Assembly: GCF_009914755.1 (NCBI RefSeq)
Contig: NC_060943.1
Reading direction: 5' to 3' (one strand)
Source: the human T2T-CHM13v2.0 reference genome, Homo sapiens
Length of the DNA: 64,000 nt
Part shown: positions 60,081-64,000 of the stretch, piece after piece
Layout: every line of letters begins with the position of its first letter
Numbering within the stretch: the stretch's first letter is position 1
Position numbers and translations under genes: made by a program
The notes under the pieces: generated by a model
Databases searched by the model: none
Told to the model about the DNA's origin: nothing
What the model saw: the letters and a program-made list of their open reading frames with translations, nothing else

Positions 60081-60708
60081 AGTGTCACTGCAATGGCCAC
60101 CACTGCCAGAATGGTGTTACATCAGTCTATTCAAAAGGCTCATTTTGTTAATGATTGGCAAGCCAATTCCACCCAAATGTGGAATTCTCAACAAGGCATT
60201 GATCAAAAATTGGCTAATCAAATTAATTATTTAAGACAGTCTGTTACTTGGCTTGGAGATTGGGTAGTGAGTCTCAAACATCGAATGCAAATGCAGTGTG
60301 ATTGGAACACTTCAGATTTCTGTATCACCCCATGTTCCTATAAAGAGACTGATCATTCATGGTAAATGGTCAAAGGACACCTTCTGGGTAGGGAAGATAA
60401 TTTATCATTTAATTTAAGATAAATTAAAGAAACAAATTTTTGAAGCTTCTCAAGCTCACTTATCCATTGTGCCTGGAGCTGAGGTGTTAGATCAGGTGGC
60501 AGAAAATCTTTATGGATTAAACCCCATGACTTGGATTAAGTCTATTGGGGGCTCCTCTGCAGTGAATTTTGGAAATATGTTTCTCTGTTTAATCAGCTTG
60601 TCTTTAGTGTGTGGAACCAGTCAAAGAATCCTGAGTCAAAATTGAGAGAACGAACAAGCCTTCATCACCTTGGCACATTTATATAAAAAAAAAAAAAAAT
60701 GGGAGAGA
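60080..60708 (+). mobile_element. HERVK11 (HML-8)-like env transmembrane-subunit remnant; ORF 60093-60365
   Basis: [36 protein letters not shown]...[12 protein letters not shown] matches HERV-K TM; purine tract just before the LTR. Confidence 0.85.
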
Positions 60709-61672
60709 TGTTGCGGGAAGTCAGGGACTCCGAACGTTGGGACAGGCTGAAGCCATGGCAGAAGAACATAAATTGTGAATATTTCATGGACGTTTATCAT
60801 TTCCCCAATCAATACTCCTGTTTTTTCCTATGCCTGTCTTTAATCTCTTAATCCTGTCATCTTCGTAAACTGAGGATGAATGTCGCCTCTGGACCCTGTG
60901 ATGATTGCATTATCTGCACAAATTGTTTAAAAAATATGAAATCTGGGCACCTTGAAAAAAGAACAGGATAACAGTGATGTTCAGGGAATAAGGGAGATAA
61001 CCATTAGATCTGGCTGCCTGAGAGCCAGGCAGAACACAGCCATATTTCTCTTCTTTCAAAAGCAAATAGGAGAAATATTGCTGAATTCTTTTTCTCAGCA
61101 AGGAACAGCCCTGAGAAAGGGAATGCGTTCCTAGGGGTAGGCCTCTGAAATTGCAGCTCTGGGGACGTCTGTCTTTTATGGTTGCAGATAAGGGATGAAA
61201 TAAGCCCTGGTCTCCCGTTGCACTCCCAGGCCAATTAGGATGAGGAAATTCCCGCCTAATAAATTTTGGTCAGACCGGTTGTCTGCTCTCAAACCATGTC
61301 TCCTGATAAATGTTATCAATGACAATGCATGCCCAAAACTTCATTAGCAATTTTAATTTTGCCCCAGTCCTGTGATCTCACCCTGCCTCCATTTGTGTTG
61401 TGATATTTTATTACCTTGTGAAGTATGTGATCTCTGCGACCCACACCCTATTCGTACACTACCTCCACTTTTGAAAATCACTAATAAAAACTTGCTGGTT
61501 TTGCGGCTTGGAGGTGCATCACGGAACCTGCCAACATGTGATGTCTCCCCCAGACACCCAGCTTTAAAAATTTCTCTCTTTGTACTCTTTCCCTTTATTT
61601 CTCAGACCGGCCAACACTTAGGGAAAATAGAAAAGGACTCTTGTTGAATCATCATGGGTGGGTTCCCCCAGT
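60709..61672 (+). mobile_element. MER11-family 3' LTR
   Basis: TGTTGCGGGAAGTCAGGGAC start, AATAAA 61483-61488, gggtgggttccccc end. Confidence 0.85.
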
Positions 61673-61674
61673 GC

Positions 61675-64000
61675 ATAGGTATACATAGGCCATGGTGATT
61701 TGCTGTATGCATCAACCCATCATCTACATGTGCCATGGTGATTTGCTGCACACATCAACCCATCATCTACATTAGGTATTTCTCCTAATGCTATCCCTCC
61801 CCTTGCCCTCCACCCACCAACAGGCCCCGGTGTGTGATGTTCCCTTCCCAGTGCCCATATGTTCTCATTGTTCAACTCCCACTTATGAGTGAGAATATGC
61901 AGTGTTTGGTTTTCTGTTCCTGTGTTAGTTTCCTGAGATTGATGGTTTCCAGCTTCATCCATGTCCCTGCAAAGGACATGAACTCATTCTTTTTTATGGC
62001 TGCATAGTATTCCATGGTGTATATGTGCCATATTTTCTTTATCCAGTCTATGATTGATGGGCATCTGGGTTGGTTCCAAGTCTTTGCTATTATGAATAGT
62101 GCTGCAATAAACATACACGTGCATTCATCTTTATAGTAGAATGATTTATAATCCTTTGGGTATGTACCCAGTAATGGGATTGCTGGGTCAAATGGTATTT
62201 CTGGTTCTAGATCCTTGAGGAATTGCCACACTGTCTTCCACAATGGTTCAACTAATTGACACTCCCACCAACAGTGTAAAAGCATTACTATTTTTCCACA
62301 TTCTCTCCAGCATCTGTTGTTTCCTGACTTTTTAATGATCGCCATTCTAACTGGCATCAGAATGTATCTCATCGTGGTTTTGATTTACATTTCTCTAATG
62401 ACCCATGATGATGGGCTTTCTTTCATATGTTTGTTGGCCGCATAAATGTCTTCTTTTGAGAAGTGTTTGTTCATATCCTTTGCCCACTTTTTGATGGGGT
62501 TGTTTTTTGCCTGTAAGTTTGTTTAAGTTCCTTGTCGATTTTGGATATTAGACCCTTGTCAGATGGGTAGCTTGCAAAAATTTTCTCCCATTCTGTAGGT
62601 TGCCAGATCACTCTGATGATAGTTTCTTCTGCTGTGCAGAAGCTCTTTAATTTGATTAGATCCCATTTGTTAATTTTGGCTTTTGTTGCAATTGCTATTG
62701 GTGTTTTAGTCATGAAGTCTTTGCCCATGCCTATGTCCTGAATGGTATGGCCTAGGTTTATTTCTAGCGTTTTTATGGTTTTGGGTTTTACATTTAAGTC
62801 TTTAATCAATCTTGAGTTAATTTTTGTATAAGGTGTAATGAAGGGGTTCAGTTTCTATTTTCTGCACATGTCTAGCCAGTTTTCCCAGCACCATTAAATA
62901 GGGAATCCTTTCCCCATTGCTTTTTTTGTCAGGTTTATCAAGATCAGATGGTTGTAGATGTGTGGTGTTATTTCTGAGGTCTCTGCTCTGTACCATTGGT
63001 CTATATATCTGTTTTGGTACCAGTACCATGCTGTTTTGGTTACTGTAGCCTTGTAGTATAGTTTGAAGTCAGGTAGCCTGATGCCTCCTCTAGCTTTGTT
63101 ATTTTTGCTTAGGATTGTCTTGGCTATACAGGCTCTTTTTTGATTCTATATGAAATTTAAAGTAGTTTTTTCTAATTCTGCAAAGAAAGTCAGTGGTACC
63201 TTGATGGGAATAGCATTGAATCTATAAATTACTGTGGGCAGTATGGTGGCCATTCTCTTGATATTGATTCTTCCTATCCATGAGCATGGAGTGTTTTTCC
63301 ATTTGTTTGTGTCCTCTCTTATTTCCTTGGGCAGTTGTTTGTAGTTCTCCTTGAAGAAGTCCTTCACATCCCTTGTAAGTTGTATTCCTAGGTATTTTAT
63401 TCTCTTTCTAGCAATTGTGAATGGGAGTTCACTCATGATTTGGCTGTTTGTCTATTGTTGGTGGATAGGAATGCTTGTGAATTTTGCATGTTGATTTTGT
63501 ATCCTGAGACTTTGCTGAAGTTGCTTATCAGCTTAAGGAGTTTTTGGGCTGAGATGATGGGGTTTCCTACATATACAATTATGTCATATGCAAACAGAAA
63601 CAATTAGACTTCCTCTCTTCCTATTTGAATATGCTTTATTTCTTTCTCTTGCCTGATTGCCCCAGCCAGAACTTCCAATACTATGTTGAATAGGAGTGGT
63701 GAGAGAGAACATCCTTGTCTTGTGCTGGTTTTCAAAGGGAATGCTTCCAGATTTTGCCCATTTCATATGATATTGCCTATGGGTTTGTCATAAATATCTC
63801 ACTATTTTCAGATATGTTCCATCAATACCTAGTTTATTGAGATTTTTTTTAGCATGAAGGGATATTCAATTTTATCTAAGGCCTTTCTTTATTGAGATAA
63901 TCATGTGGTTTTTGTCATTGGTTCTGTTTATGTTATGGATTATGATTATTGATTTGCGTATGTTGAACCAGCCTTGCATCCCAGGGATGAAGCTGACTTG
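61675..64000 (-). mobile_element. L1PA ORF2 3' part and 3' UTR, antisense, running off the window
   Basis: Several frameshifted ORF2-like translations between 61872 and 63766. Confidence 0.93.

Noticed and set aside
61690-61771. 43-bp-period tandem duplication at the LTR/L1 boundary
   Set aside because: Local slippage within an L1 3' UTR.

Overview
Human (primate) DNA, most likely the 19q13.31 KRAB zinc-finger cluster; this placement rests on recognising ZNF285, not on an alignment. The window holds the complete 4-exon ZNF285 gene on the minus strand (590 aa rebuilt from splice sites), two further minus-strand KZNF-type promoter/first-exon modules (~7.9 kb, probably an upstream first exon of ZNF112, and an orphan at ~12.6 kb), and many Alu, L1, LTR and DNA-transposon relics. 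The unusual part is 48.5-61.7 kb: three tandem plus-strand copies of a unit built from a MER21-like LTR, DUX4-type motifs, GC boxes, a TATA/Inr core promoter and a non-coding first exon. Copy A precedes an 827-codon Ser/Pro-rich ORF made of in-frame 147/144-bp repeats carrying RNA polymerase II CTD-like YSPTTP motifs, but its ancestral N-terminus has two lesions. Copy B has that N-terminus intact and is 3'-truncated. Copy C is fused just after its start site to a HERVK11 (HML-8) env transmembrane fragment and a MER11 LTR. Repeat subfamily names and boundaries were judged by eye and are approximate. No expression evidence is available from sequence alone.
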